Origin: Vicinamibacterales bacterium
Lineage (GTDB): Bacteria; Acidobacteriota; Vicinamibacteria; Vicinamibacterales; UBA8438
Reading direction: 5' to 3'
NCBI GenBank assembly: GCA_965215105.1
Contig: OZ244051.1
Coordinates: 5,186,896 to 5,250,895 of the forward strand
Length of the DNA: 64,000 nucleotides
The position numbers and the translations under genes were made by a program. Under the pieces are notes generated by a model that was not told the origin of the DNA, searched no databases, and saw only the letters and a list, made by a program, of their open reading frames with translations. Shown piece by piece: positions 36,929-50,214 of the stretch (position 1 is the stretch's first letter; each line of letters begins with the position of its first letter).

Positions 36929-38014
36929 CTAGTTCATCGTCGGCGCGTAGTAGCCCTGCTTCGTCCGGGCGGCGACGCTGGGCTGGTCGATGCGGACCAC
37001 GAGCCGCCGCCACCGGCCGTCGCGCAACGGGTTCTTCGACGTGTAGCCCAGGGTGTACTGGCTGGACAGCTCGTCGGATATCTGCTGGTAGATGCTCGAC
37101 AGGTCCTCCACGCGCTGCGGGAAGAAGGCCCGGCCGCCGGTCTCCTGCGCGAGCTGGCGCAGCACGAAGTCGGCCTCGCGGAACCCGCGGCGGGTGCGGA
37201 TGTCCCGCGAGCGCAGCCCGATCGAGTAGATGACGGTGTCCGAGCGCTTGGCGAGCTCGAGGACCTCGTCGAAGTCGACGAGGCTGGACGTGTCCTCGCC
37301 GTCCGAGAGGACGACGATGGCCTGCCGCCGGATCTCGCCGGTGGCGGCCGCCGCGATCTTGCCGAGCTCCTTGAGCGAGATGTAGATGGCGTTGTAGAGC
37401 GAGGTCGAGCCGCCCGCGGACGTGCGGCGGATGGCCGCCGCCAGCTCGTCCACCGAGTTGGTGAACCCCTGCCGGATCTCGACCCGGCTGTCGAAGTCGA
37501 TGACGCTGGCCAGATCCTCGTCGCGCAGCCGCTCCGAGAACCCGATGGCGGCCTGCTGGGCGGTCTCCATCCGCTCGGTCATGCTCGCGCTCGTGTCCAT
37601 CAGCAGCGAGAGCGCGATGGGAAGCTGCGTGCGCGTGAAGAAGGTGATGTCCTGCAGCGCGCCGTCCTCGTAGACTTGGAACCGCTCGACGTCGATATCG
37701 GTGACGTAGCGGCTGTTCCGGTCGGTCACGGTGACGTTCAGCGAAACCAGGTCGACGCCGGCGCGGAAGGCCGGCTCCCGGGACGCCGCTTCCTGGGCGT
37801 GTGCCGCAGCGGCCCCGGTCAGGCCGGCCAGCGCCGCCGCGGCCAGGACGAGGCCGAGGCGCCGCGCGGGCTCGCCGCGTGCCCCCGGCGGCCGGCCTCC
37901 CGGGCGCGTGGTTCCGGGGGCGCGGCGGCCGGCCCCGCCGGCCGGGCAGGAGAGGCGCGCGGCGGGGCGGCGGCGACGGGAGGCGCCGGTCGACGCTCGC
38001 ATTTCGGTCGTCAT
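36929..38014 (-). CDS. VWA domain protein (acidobacterial VWFA-related type), secreted
   Basis: ATG 38014 overlaps the upstream stop (ATGA). MIDAS LLMDTSASM, then SLYNA and VLSDGEDT. Ends YTLGYTSKN...RVRIDQP...GYYAP, typical of the family. Confidence 0.85.
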   Translation of the reverse strand: MTTEMRASTGASRRRRPAARLSCPAGGAGRRAPGTTRPGGRPPGARGEPARRLGLVLAAAALAGLTGAAAAHAQEAASREPAFRAGVDLVSLNVTVTDRNSRYVTDIDVERFQVYEDGALQDITFFTRTQLPIALSLLMDTSASMTERMETAQQAAIGFSERLRDEDLASVIDFDSRVEIRQGFTNSVDELAAAIRRTSAGGSTSLYNAIYISLKELGKIAAAATGEIRRQAIVVLSDGEDTSSLVDFDEVLELAKRSDTVIYSIGLRSRDIRTRRGFREADFVLRQLAQETGGRAFFPQRVEDLSSIYQQISDELSSQYTLGYTSKNPLRDGRWRRLVVRIDQPSVAARTKQGYYAPTMN

Positions 38015-39000
38015 GGGCTGCCGTCTCCTGTCCATATGTCCGGGGTTCCACGGGCCGTCAGATCCGTCCGCCGCATCCGCACCGAGACCGTCTCGGGCGG
38101 GATGAGGCCCGGCGGCCGCGAGTACACGACGCGGTACTGGTTCGTCATCACCTCGCCCAGGGTGCCCATCGCGTCGGGCACCGCGGTGCTCAGCAGCAGG
38201 TCGTAGCGCTGGCCGCCGGTCGCCTCGGGGAGCTGCGCGAGGGCCCGATCGCGCTGGAGGATCTCGTTGGAGAAGCGGAACGGATCGGCGCGCAGCGCGG
38301 TGTTGCCCCGCTCCTGCACCACGACCACGTGGGCCGAGACCCCGGAAGCCTGAAGCGCCTCCTGAGTCCGCCGATGGTCGTAGCGGCTGAAGTCGAGGCC
38401 TTCCGAGGCGACCACGACCACCGCCGGCCGGGGCGCCTCGCGCCGCTCGAACCCGCGGGCCGTCTCCATCAGCGCGTCGAGCAGGTAGGCGGCGCTCTCC
38501 GGGTAGGAGAAGACGAGGCCGATGCCGTCGCGGAGGCGGTCGAGGCGGCGGGTCGACTCGACGAGGACGCGGGGGGGGCCGCCGTAGCTGATGATGGCGA
38601 CGTCGTTGCCCTCCGCGAGGACCGGGACCAGCCGTTCGAGGCCGTTGCGGATGTCCCGGATGGCGAACGCCGCCGCCGCGCTCGTGTCCACGAGCACCGC
38701 CACCTGCATCGGGCTTCGGGCCGGGCCGGCCCGCAGGACCTCGCGCTCGACGCCGTCCTCCTCGACCACGAACTCGTGCGGGGCGAGGCCGGGCACCGGC
38801 GCCCCCGCCTCGTCGAGGACGCTCACGAACAGGGCCCGCTCGTTGTCCTGTCCCCGGAGCGGGGCGGCGAGAACGGCCAGCAGGCAGGCGGAGGCCGCGA
38901 GGGCCGCCGCGGGCCCGGGGCCGCGCCGGGGGGTGCCGCGGCGGAGCCCCGGCGAGGACGCCGTTCGTTGCATGCGCACAATCCTCCAGCCTGATTCCAC
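38011..39000 (-). CDS. VWA-like protein with degenerate MIDAS, secreted
   Basis: 329 aa (alternative start ATG 38973). Signal AAALAASACLLAVLAAPLRGQ. VLVDTSAAA stands in place of DxSxS. The C-terminus YRVVYSRP... parallels the downstream paralogue. Confidence 0.65.
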   Translation of the reverse strand: MESGWRIVRMQRTASSPGLRRGTPRRGPGPAAALAASACLLAVLAAPLRGQDNERALFVSVLDEAGAPVPGLAPHEFVVEEDGVEREVLRAGPARSPMQVAVLVDTSAAAAFAIRDIRNGLERLVPVLAEGNDVAIISYGGPPRVLVESTRRLDRLRDGIGLVFSYPESAAYLLDALMETARGFERREAPRPAVVVVASEGLDFSRYDHRRTQEALQASGVSAHVVVVQERGNTALRADPFRFSNEILQRDRALAQLPEATGGQRYDLLLSTAVPDAMGTLGEVMTNQYRVVYSRPPGLIPPETVSVRMRRTDLTARGTPDIWTGDGSP

Positions 39001-39138
39001 CCCCGAAGTATAGCCCCTTTCGCATCGGCAAGGGTACGCCGCGAACGGCGGGCCGGTCCCGGCGCCGACGGGTTCGCGGCCGGCGGGCGGCGGCCGGCGG
39101 GGCGTCCGCCGCCCGCCGGCGGGGCGCCCGTCGATTCC

Positions 39139-39166
39139 TTGACCCTCCGCGCGCGCATGCTATAAG
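39139..39166 (+). promoter_or_regulatory. candidate promoter of the nuo operon
   Basis: TTGACC (39139-39144), 16 bp, TATAAG (39161-39166), ~115 nt upstream of nuoA. Confidence 0.4.
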
Positions 39167-39279
39167 ATTCGGCGTCCGCACCGACCCTGCCGCATCGAAG
39201 CTCTCCGGATACCGGTTTGCGCACACAGGGGGTGTCGAATCATCCGGTCGTCAACGGACCGTGCACGGGGTGAGATCCG

Positions 39280-39636
39280 ATGATCGAGGCGTACGTTCCG
39301 GTCCTGCTGTTCGTCCTCGTCGCGATCGGCTTCGCCATCTTCACGTTGATCGTCTCGTCGCTGATCCAGTCGTCGCGCTACAACAAGGTGAAGCTCGAGC
39401 CCTACGAGTGCGGCATCGAGCCGGCCACCGACGCGCGCGACCGCTACAGCGTCCGCTACTACTTGATCGCGATGCTGTTCGTGATCTTCGACATCGAGAC
39501 CGTGTTCATGTTCCCGTGGGCGGTCATCATGGACGAGCTGCTCCTGTTCGGCCTCATCGAGATGCTCGTCTTCCTGTTCATCCTGGTGCTGGGCTACGTC
39601 TACGCGTGGCGCAAGGGTGCGCTGGAGTGGGCTTGA
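39280..39636 (+). CDS. nuoA: NADH-quinone oxidoreductase subunit A
   Basis: 118 aa, 3 TM helices. YECGIEP and FVIFDIETVFMFPWA motifs. Confidence 0.92.
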   Translation: MIEAYVPVLLFVLVAIGFAIFTLIVSSLIQSSRYNKVKLEPYECGIEPATDARDRYSVRYYLIAMLFVIFDIETVFMFPWAVIMDELLLFGLIEMLVFLFILVLGYVYAWRKGALEWA

Positions 39637-39888
39637 GCCGGGGACGGGTGAGCGGCGGCGGCCGCGCGCGAGAGGCCGTCGCGGGGTCGATCGAGCGGCG
39701 GCGGCCGCGAGCCGCCGGAAGGGTCGGCCCGAGGCCTGCGCCGCAGGCTGATGGAACGGGGCGAACGACCGTGAGGGTCGGTCGGGGCGCGGCGCCGCAA
39801 GGCGGCGGGCCCGCGGGCGACGTTCTCCGGCGAGGCGGCCCCGTTCCGCGACACCGGGCCAGCGGGGCAGCCGGAGTTTTCCTGGACC

Positions 39889-40764
39889 ATGGCAGACGAA
39901 CCGAAATCGGGTGAACCGGCGGCCGAATCGCCCAGTGCGCAGCCGCCCGCGGCCGGGCCGCCGTCGGAAGCCGCTTCGGGAGCCGGCCCGGCCGCCGCCG
40001 CGGCGAAGCCGGCCGCGCCGGCCGCCGCATCCCCGGCCGAGGGGTCGGAAGCCGCTTCCCCGGAGCCGGCCGCGCCGGCTGCGCCGAAGCCCGCGGCCAA
40101 GCCGGCCGCCGCGAAGCCGACCGCCTCGGCCGCGAAGCCGAAGCCGGCCGCCTCGGCGAAGCCCCGGCCCAAGCCGAAGCCGAAGGCGCCGCCCGAGGCG
40201 CCCAGGGGGCCGACGGATCCGCCGCCGCCCGACGACCTCGAGAAGCCCGCGTTCCTGGCCGCCCTCGAGGCCGCGTTGCCCGACCGCATCCAGCAATTCT
40301 CCTGGTGGGTCGGCGACTGGACGGTCATCGTCACGCCCGAGGCCCTGCCCGAGGTCGCCGCCTTCCTGAAGGACTCCGACGAGGGCTCGTTCGACTACTG
40401 CGCCGACCTCACGGCCACCGACTGGCCGCCCCGCGAGAAGCGTTTCGATGTAGTGTATTGCCTGTATTCGACCCGGCGCCGGCAGCGGGTGAGGGTCAAG
40501 GTGCGGGCGGCGGCCGGCGAGCCGGTGCCGTCGGTCACGGGGTTGTGGCCGGCCGCGAACTGGCTGGAGCGCGAGGTGTGGGACATGTTCGGGGTGAACA
40601 TCACCGGGCATCCCGATCTGCGCCGGATCCTCATGCCCCAGGAGTGGCAGGGGCACCCGCAGCGCAAGGACTACCCCCTCGAGGGCCCCGGCGAGCTGCT
40701 GCTCGAGAGCCCGATGGAGTGGCTGCGCCTGCGCAACGTCCGCGACGAGGCCGAGATCGAGTGA
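39889..40764 (+). CDS. nuoC: NADH-quinone oxidoreductase subunit C with ~115-aa Ala/Pro/Lys-rich N-terminal extension
   Basis: The NuoC core starts near [43 protein letters not shown] motif. The N-terminal low-complexity region is rich in AAKP/KPKP. Confidence 0.85.
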   Translation: MADEPKSGEPAAESPSAQPPAAGPPSEAASGAGPAAAAAKPAAPAAASPAEGSEAASPEPAAPAAPKPAAKPAAAKPTASAAKPKPAASAKPRPKPKPKAPPEAPRGPTDPPPPDDLEKPAFLAALEAALPDRIQQFSWWVGDWTVIVTPEALPEVAAFLKDSDEGSFDYCADLTATDWPPREKRFDVVYCLYSTRRRQRVRVKVRAAAGEPVPSVTGLWPAANWLEREVWDMFGVNITGHPDLRRILMPQEWQGHPQRKDYPLEGPGELLLESPMEWLRLRNVRDEAEIE

Positions 40765-40771
40765 CCCGACC

Positions 40772-41911
40772 ATGACTGCCCAGGCAGCGGCGGCGCCCGC
40801 GGCGGCGCCCATCTTCGACACCGACGAGCTCGTCATCAACATGGGGCCCCAGCACCCCAGCACGCACGGCGTGCTCCGGGTGGTGCTGCGCCTCGACGGC
40901 GAGCGCGTCGTCGACGCCGACGTCGTCATCGGCTACATCCACCGCGGCATCGAGAAGCTCAGCGAGAACCGCGACTGGACGCAGATCATCCTGCTGACCG
41001 ACCGCATGGACTACGTGGCGGCGGCCACCAACAACCTCGGCTACTGCGAGACCGTCGAGAAGCTGATGGAGATCGAGGTGCCCCGGCGCGCCCGCTACAT
41101 CCGCACGGTCCTCGCCGAGCTGCAGCGCATCGCGAGCCACTGCCTCTGGCTGGGCACCCACGCCATGGACATCGGGGCGATGACCGTGTTCCTCTACGCG
41201 TTCCGCGAGCGCGAGCTCGTCCTCGACCTCTTCGAGGACTACTGCGGGGCCCGGCTCACCTACAACTCGATGCGCATCGGCGGGCTCCCCCTCGACATCC
41301 CCACCGGCTGGGACGTCAAGGTCCGGGCGTTCTGCGACCTCATGGAGGGGAAGATCGACGAGTACGAGACGCTCCTGACCAACAACCGCATCTGGCTGGA
41401 GCGCACGCGGAACATCGGGGTGATCTCGGCCGAGGACGCCGTCGGCCTGGGGCTGTGCGGCCCCCCCCTGCGCGGGTCCGGGGTCTACCGCGACGTCAGG
41501 AAGGACGAGCCCTACGCGGCCTACGACGAGATGGACTTCCTCGTGCCCCTCGGCACCCGGGGCGACACCTACGACCGGTACCTGATCCGGCTCGAGGAGT
41601 TCCGGCAGTCGATCCGCATCATCCGGCAGGCCCTCGACGGGCTGCCGGAGGGGCCCATCATGGGCAAGGTGCCCCGGCTGATCAAGCCCAAGGCGGGCGA
41701 GACGTACCACGCCATCGAGTCGCCCAAGGGCGAGCTCGGCTACTTCATCGTGAGCGACGGGCGGGCCACCAACCCCTACCGGTTCCGGGTCCGGCCCCCG
41801 TCGTTCTGCAACCTGCAGGGCCTGCGGCCGCTGATCATCGGGCACCTCGTGGCCGACGTGGTCGCCCTGATCGGCACGATCGACATCGTGCTCGGCGAGG
41901 TCGACAGATAG
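40772..41911 (+). CDS. nuoD: NADH-quinone oxidoreductase subunit D
   Basis: [24 protein letters not shown], and C-terminal [10 protein letters not shown]. Confidence 0.95.
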   Translation: MTAQAAAAPAAAPIFDTDELVINMGPQHPSTHGVLRVVLRLDGERVVDADVVIGYIHRGIEKLSENRDWTQIILLTDRMDYVAAATNNLGYCETVEKLMEIEVPRRARYIRTVLAELQRIASHCLWLGTHAMDIGAMTVFLYAFRERELVLDLFEDYCGARLTYNSMRIGGLPLDIPTGWDVKVRAFCDLMEGKIDEYETLLTNNRIWLERTRNIGVISAEDAVGLGLCGPPLRGSGVYRDVRKDEPYAAYDEMDFLVPLGTRGDTYDRYLIRLEEFRQSIRIIRQALDGLPEGPIMGKVPRLIKPKAGETYHAIESPKGELGYFIVSDGRATNPYRFRVRPPSFCNLQGLRPLIIGHLVADVVALIGTIDIVLGEVDR

Positions 41912-42913
<1,002 letters not shown>

Positions 42914-42917
42914 ACCC

Positions 42918-43439
42918 ATGGCCGAAGCAATCGCCTTCTACACGCTCGCGGTCCTGATTCTCGGGTTGGGGGTCGCCGTCATCACCACCCCGAAGACCGT
43001 GCACAGCGTGGTGTTCCTCGTCCTCAACTTCCTCTGCGTGGCGGTCCTCTACGTCGTGCTCCGGGCCGAGTTCCTGGCCGTCATCCAGGTGCTGGTGTAC
43101 GCGGGCGGCATCGTCGTGCTGTACCTGTTCGTGGTCATGCTCGTGAACCTGAAGCGGGCCCCCGAGGCGCACGAGGACCCGCGGCGGCTCGCCCGGCTCG
43201 GGCTCGCGCTCTCGGGCGCGGTGCTGCTCGAGCTGGCCGGCATCGTGGTCTACAGCTACGGCCGCGTCGCGCCGGCGGCCCCCGCCGTCGCCGAAGCGAC
43301 GCCGGTCCTGGGCCGGGGCAACACCGAGGAGCTCGGCTGGCTGCTCTACACCGACTACCTGATTCCGTTCGAGGTGGCGTCGGTGCTCCTGCTCGTCGCG
43401 ATGGTCGGGGCCATCGTGCTGGCGAGACGAGAGTCGTAG
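42918..43439 (+). CDS. nuoJ: NADH-quinone oxidoreductase subunit J
   Basis: 173 aa. FLAVIQVLVYAGGIVVLYLFVVML motif. Starts 4 nt after the nuoH stop, so there is no room for nuoI. Confidence 0.9.
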   Translation: MAEAIAFYTLAVLILGLGVAVITTPKTVHSVVFLVLNFLCVAVLYVVLRAEFLAVIQVLVYAGGIVVLYLFVVMLVNLKRAPEAHEDPRRLARLGLALSGAVLLELAGIVVYSYGRVAPAAPAVAEATPVLGRGNTEELGWLLYTDYLIPFEVASVLLLVAMVGAIVLARRES

Positions 43440-43442
43440 ACG

Positions 43443-43748
43443 ATGGAAATCACGCCGGCGCACTACACGGTCCTCTCCGCCGCGCTGTTCAGCATCGGGG
43501 TCATCGGCGTCCTCGTGCGGCGCAACGTCATCATCATCTTCATGGCCATCGAGCTGATGCTCAACGCCGTCAACATCAATCTCGTGGCGCACGCCCGGTA
43601 CCTGGAGAACCTCGCCGGCCAGGTGTTCGTCGTGTTCGTCATCGCGGTGGCGGCGGCCGAGGCCGCCGTCGGGCTGGGCATCCTCCTGGCCTTCTTCCGG
43701 AACAAGGAGACCGTGAACATCGACGAGATGAACCTCATGCGCTGGTAG
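43443..43748 (+). CDS. nuoK: NADH-quinone oxidoreductase subunit K
   Basis: 101 aa. [15 protein letters not shown] and [12 protein letters not shown] motifs. Confidence 0.93.
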   Translation: MEITPAHYTVLSAALFSIGVIGVLVRRNVIIIFMAIELMLNAVNINLVAHARYLENLAGQVFVVFVIAVAAAEAAVGLGILLAFFRNKETVNIDEMNLMRW

Positions 43749-43790
43749 CGGCGGGACGCCTCTTCTCCCCGACATCAATCACGACAGACG

Positions 43791-45947
<2,157 letters not shown>

Positions 45948-45995
45948 TAACGAGCGGGGCCCCGCCGGGCCCGAGACCGCATCGAGAATCGGCTC

Positions 45996-47594
45996 ATGAG
46001 CAACTTCCCCTATCTGCTGTCGCTGATCATGTTCACGCCGCTGGCCGGCGCCGTGATCCTGCTCTTCGTGAACAAGCACAGCGAGGACACGATCCGCTGG
46101 ATCGCGAACGTGACGGCCGGGGCCGGCTTCCTGGTGTCGCTGCCGCTGTGGTTCTCGTTCGACCCGGCGGGCGCCGAGTACTGGCAGTTCGTCGAGCGGC
46201 TGCCGTGGATCCCGTCCATCGGGGCCGAGTACCACCTCGGCGTCGACGGGTTCAGCGCGCTCCTGGTGCTGCTCACGACCCTGATGGGGGTCATCGCCAT
46301 CCTCTCGTCGTGGACCGCCATCACCGTGCGGGTCAAGGAGTACTACGTCTTCATGCTGGTGCTCCAGACCGGCATGATCGGCGCCTTCGTCGCCCTCGAC
46401 TTCCTGCTTTTCTTCGTGTTCTGGGAGGTCATGCTGGTGCCGATGTACTTCCTCATCGGCATCTGGGGCAGCGACAACCGGCTCTACTCGGCCATCAAGT
46501 TCTTCCTGTTCACCCTCGTCGGCAGCGTCGTCATGCTGCTCGGCATCCTCGCCGTCTACTTCTACAGCGAGTCGGTGACCGGGGTCTACACGTTCGACAT
46601 CACGCAGTTCCACGAGCTGAACATGCCGTTCGACCTGCAGTGGTGGGTCTTCCTCGCCTTCTTCCTCGGCTTCGCGGTCAAGGTGCCGATGTTCCCGTTC
46701 CACACGTGGCTGCCCGACGCCCACACCGACGCCCCCACCGCGGGCTCGGTCATCCTGGCCGCGGTGCTCCTGAAGATGGGCACCTACGGCTTCATCCGCT
46801 TCTCGCTGCCCATCCTCCCCGAGGCGACGGCGGCGTTCGTGCCGTGGGTGGCGGCGCTGTCCATCATCGGCATCATCTACGGGGCGCTGGTGGCGATGGC
46901 ACAGCACGACTGGAAGCGCCTCGTCGCGTACTCGAGCGTCAGCCACATGGGCATGGTCATGCTCGGCATGTTCGCCCTGACCCCCGTCGGCATCACCGGC
47001 AGCATCGTGCAGCAGTTGAACCACGGCATCTCCACCGGCGCCCTCTTCCTCATCGTCGGCATCGTCTACGAGCGCCGGCACACGCGCGAGATCGCCGAGT
47101 ACGGCGGGCTGTCGAAGATCATGCCGGCCTTCGCGGCGGTGTTCCTGATCATGACGATGTCGTCCATCGGGCTGCCGACCCTCAACGGGTTCATCGGCGA
47201 GGTGCTGATACTGCAGGGCATCTTCGTCGTGAACATGTGGTGGGCGGCGGCGGCGGCGACCGGCATCGTGCTCGGGGCGGCGTACATGCTGTGGCTCTAC
47301 CAGCGCACCATGTTCGGCAACATCGACAACCCCAAGAACGAGAACCTGCCCGACCTGAACATGCGCGAGTGGGCGACCTTCGTGCCGCTCATCATCCTCG
47401 CGGTGTGGATCGGGCTCTACCCGAAGCCGTTCATCGACCGCCTCGACACCTCGGTCGATCACGTGATGTCCCGCGTCGACAGCGAGTACGTCCCGGTCAA
47501 CGCCGAACGCTCCGGGGCGGCGGCGCCGGTGGCGCTCGCGCGGGGCGGCGGGTCCGATGACGCCGGCGCGCCGGTGCGCGGGGGCGCCCGATAA
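45996..47594 (+). CDS. nuoM: NADH-quinone oxidoreductase subunit M
   Basis: FAVKVPMFPFHTWLPDAHTDAPTAGSVILAAVLLKMG motif. Confidence 0.93.
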   Translation: MSNFPYLLSLIMFTPLAGAVILLFVNKHSEDTIRWIANVTAGAGFLVSLPLWFSFDPAGAEYWQFVERLPWIPSIGAEYHLGVDGFSALLVLLTTLMGVIAILSSWTAITVRVKEYYVFMLVLQTGMIGAFVALDFLLFFVFWEVMLVPMYFLIGIWGSDNRLYSAIKFFLFTLVGSVVMLLGILAVYFYSESVTGVYTFDITQFHELNMPFDLQWWVFLAFFLGFAVKVPMFPFHTWLPDAHTDAPTAGSVILAAVLLKMGTYGFIRFSLPILPEATAAFVPWVAALSIIGIIYGALVAMAQHDWKRLVAYSSVSHMGMVMLGMFALTPVGITGSIVQQLNHGISTGALFLIVGIVYERRHTREIAEYGGLSKIMPAFAAVFLIMTMSSIGLPTLNGFIGEVLILQGIFVVNMWWAAAAATGIVLGAAYMLWLYQRTMFGNIDNPKNENLPDLNMREWATFVPLIILAVWIGLYPKPFIDRLDTSVDHVMSRVDSEYVPVNAERSGAAAPVALARGGGSDDAGAPVRGGAR

Positions 47595-49072
47595 TGCCCG
47601 AGGGATTCTCCGCGCTCGATTTCTACTACATCCTGCCGGAGCTCGTGCTCACCGGCGGGGCCCTCGTCGTCCTCCTGCTGTCGGTGGTGACGCCGCGCCG
47701 CGACGACGTGCTTCTCGGCGTGTCCCTCGCCACCGTGGCCGCGAGCCTGTACGGGGTGGCGGCGTTCGCCGGCCTCGACGAGACCGCGTCCAAGGGGCTG
47801 CTCGCCATCGACGGGTTCGCCGCGTTCTTCAAGATCGTGGCCCTCGGGTCGGCGGCGGTGACGATGCTCATGTCGTCGTCCTACCTGCGGGTCGAGGGCC
47901 TGCGGGCCGGCGAGTACTACTTCCTCATTCTCTGCGCCACCCTCGGCATGATGTTCATGGCGAGCGGGGTGGACCTGATCACCCTGTTCATCGGGCTCGA
48001 GACGATGGCCGTCTCGTTCTACGTGCTCGCCGGCTACCTCAAGCCCAACCCGCGGTCCAACGAGGCCGCCGTCAAGTACTTCCTCCTCGGGGCGTTCTCG
48101 CTGGGGGTCCTGCTCTACGGCATGTCGATCCTCTACGGGGTCACCGGCACCACCAGCCTGGAAGGCACCGCGGCCGCCCTCGCCGACCAGGGGTCGAGCC
48201 CCCTGCTGGTGCTCGCGGTGGTCCTCGTGGGCGCGGGCATGGGCTTCAAGATCGCCGCGGTGCCGTTCCACATGTGGGCGCCCGACGTGTACGAGGGCGC
48301 GCCGACCCCGGTCACCGCGTTCCTCTCGGTGGGGTCGAAGGCGGCGTCGTTCGCCATGCTCATCCGGATCTTCATGGAAGGGCTCCCGTCCCTCGGCGCG
48401 GAGTGGACGGCCCTCTTCTGGGGGCTCGCGGTCGTCACCATGACGGTGGGCAACATCGCCGCCCTGACCCAGAGCAACCTGAAGCGCCTGCTGGCGTACT
48501 CGTCCATCGCCCACGCCGGCTATCTGCTGATGGGGGTCGTCGCCGGCACCCAGCGCGGCGTGGCCGCCATGCTCGTCTACGTCGGCGTCTACCTCTTCAT
48601 GCAGCTCGGGGCGTTCGCGGTGGTGGCCGCGATGCGGCGCACGGACGTCGTCGGCGACGAGCTGAAGGACCTCACGGGGCTCTCCCGGCGCAGCCCGATG
48701 ATGGCCTTCGCCATGCTCTTCTTCATGCTGTCGCTGGGCGGCATTCCCCCCACCGCCGGCTTCATGGGGAAGGTCTGGCTCTTCGGCGCCGCCATCGACG
48801 CCGGCTTCATCTGGCTGGCCGTCATCGCCGTCGCCAACAGCGCCGTGTCGCTCTACTACTACCTGCGGGTCGTCGTGTTCATGTGGATCAACGACGAGAC
48901 CGCCCCTGCCGCCTCGCCCCTCGTCCTCGGCCCCGCGATGACCGCGGCCCTCGTCGTCGCGGTGGTCGGCACCGTCGTGTTCGGCCTCTATCCCCAGTTC
49001 CTCTTCGCGAGCGCCGAGGCGGCCGCGACCGCCATCGAGGGCCTCGGCGCCGGCACGTCGGCCCTGCGCTGA
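47594..49072 (+). CDS. nuoN: NADH-quinone oxidoreductase subunit N
   Basis: GFKIAAVPFHMWAPDVYEGAPTPVTAFLSVGSKAA motif. Start overlaps the nuoM stop by 1 nt. Confidence 0.93.
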   Translation: MPEGFSALDFYYILPELVLTGGALVVLLLSVVTPRRDDVLLGVSLATVAASLYGVAAFAGLDETASKGLLAIDGFAAFFKIVALGSAAVTMLMSSSYLRVEGLRAGEYYFLILCATLGMMFMASGVDLITLFIGLETMAVSFYVLAGYLKPNPRSNEAAVKYFLLGAFSLGVLLYGMSILYGVTGTTSLEGTAAALADQGSSPLLVLAVVLVGAGMGFKIAAVPFHMWAPDVYEGAPTPVTAFLSVGSKAASFAMLIRIFMEGLPSLGAEWTALFWGLAVVTMTVGNIAALTQSNLKRLLAYSSIAHAGYLLMGVVAGTQRGVAAMLVYVGVYLFMQLGAFAVVAAMRRTDVVGDELKDLTGLSRRSPMMAFAMLFFMLSLGGIPPTAGFMGKVWLFGAAIDAGFIWLAVIAVANSAVSLYYYLRVVVFMWINDETAPAASPLVLGPAMTAALVVAVVGTVVFGLYPQFLFASAEAAATAIEGLGAGTSALR

Positions 49073-49094
49073 CCGCCGGGTTGGAGACACGTCA

Positions 49095-49250
49095 TGCGGT
49101 GTCGTGCTTCGCGATCCACTCGCGAAGGACGTCGTTCATCCGCGTCTGCCAACCGGGGCCGCCAGCCTTGAAGTGATCGAGCACGTCCTGTGAGAGACGG
49201 ATCGTGGTCGACCGCTTGGGGCTCGCGATCCGCGGCCGGCCGCGGCGAAC
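49095..49250 (-). pseudogene. BrnA-type antitoxin C-terminal domain with no in-frame start codon (relic)
   Basis: Hand translation of the minus strand gives ...VRRGRPRIASPKRSTTIRLSQDVLDHFKAGGPGWQTRMNDVLREWIAKHDTA*, which matches the BrnA_antitoxin pattern (RGRP...tiRld.dvl..fka.G.GyQtriN..Lr). No ATG/GTG/TTG lies between the upstream in-frame stop (49368-49370) and the domain. No brnT is present. Confidence 0.5.
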
Positions 49251-49367
49251 CGTCGCTTGGGCGGTCGAGGTCCGTCGGGCGCGTCTGAAGGACCCGAGGG
49301 AGCGGGTCGGATGCCGGCGGCCGGGAGCCCGCGCCGGGAGCGCGGGGCTCTTGCGGGCTCCCCGGGT

Positions 49368-49868
49368 CTAGTGGCGTGCGTCGATCTGGCCGAGCGACTC
49401 CCGTATCAGGGCGTCGTTGTCTTCCGGCGTGAGGTTCTTGCGGATGAGCTTCGAGGCGATCTGCAGCGACAGGTCGACCGTCTCCCGGCGGATCTCCTGC
49501 ATCGCCCGCGCCGTCTCCTGCTGAATCCGGCGCTGGGCGGCCGCCACCACGGCCTCGGCATCCGCCTTGGCCTGCTCCCTCGACTCTTCCTTGAAGGCCT
49601 CGGCCGCGTTGCGGCTCTCGGCGAGGATGGACTGGGCCTGGGCCCGCGCGTCGGAGATGACCTTCGCGGCCGTCTCCTGGGCCTGCGCCAGTTCCTTCCT
49701 GGCCTGCTCGGCCTCGTCCAGCGACTTGCGTATCGTCTCCTGGCGCGCGTCGAGCGCCCGCAGCAGGGGGCCCCAGGCGTACTTGCGCAGGGCCCAGAGC
49801 AGGGTCAGGAAGGTGATGATGGTCCAGATGTACAGCCCGACATCCGGCTGGACCAGGGGATTATCCAT
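49368..49868 (-). CDS. atpF: F0F1 ATP synthase subunit b
   Basis: 166 aa. N-terminal TM helix YIWTIITFLTLLWAL, then a long charged helix. Confidence 0.88.
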   Translation of the reverse strand: MDNPLVQPDVGLYIWTIITFLTLLWALRKYAWGPLLRALDARQETIRKSLDEAEQARKELAQAQETAAKVISDARAQAQSILAESRNAAEAFKEESREQAKADAEAVVAAAQRRIQQETARAMQEIRRETVDLSLQIASKLIRKNLTPEDNDALIRESLGQIDARH

Positions 49869-49919
49869 GAGGCGCTCCCTCCCGCGGCATTATCCGTCGC
49901 GTTCCGGGGAATGCGGCGG

Positions 49920-50144
49920 TCACCGCATCAGGACGACGACGAAGACGAAGACCTCGGCGAGAATCGCGACCCCTTCGAGCAGGAAGAGCGGAAGCTGCAC
50001 GGCCCCCGTGATCTGCGCGGCGGCCGAAGGCTGGCGTGCGATGCTCTCGGCGGCGGCCGCCGTGAACCGCCCGATTCCCAGACCCGCGCCAATGACGATC
50101 AAGCCGAGACCGATCGCAACGCCGGCGATGTACAACAGTTCCAT
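49920..50144 (-). CDS. atpE: F0F1 ATP synthase subunit c
   Basis: 74 aa hairpin. ARQPSAA loop and the carboxylate in LFLLEGVAI. Confidence 0.92.
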   Translation of the reverse strand: MELLYIAGVAIGLGLIVIGAGLGIGRFTAAAAESIARQPSAAAQITGAVQLPLFLLEGVAILAEVFVFVVVLMR

Positions 50145-50214
50145 GCAGTCAACCTCCGTTTTGAGTGTGCCGTCTCGTTTTCGATGAGCGTGCCGTGGTT
50201 CGAGGAAGTGGTCG

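Noticed and set aside
39637-39888. Possible nuoB remnant in the nuoA-nuoC gap.
   Set aside because: All frames translate to Arg/Gly/Ala-rich sequence with none of the NuoB cysteine motifs. The gap is too short for nuoB. Only a short direct repeat (gagcggcggcggccgcg, twice) was seen.
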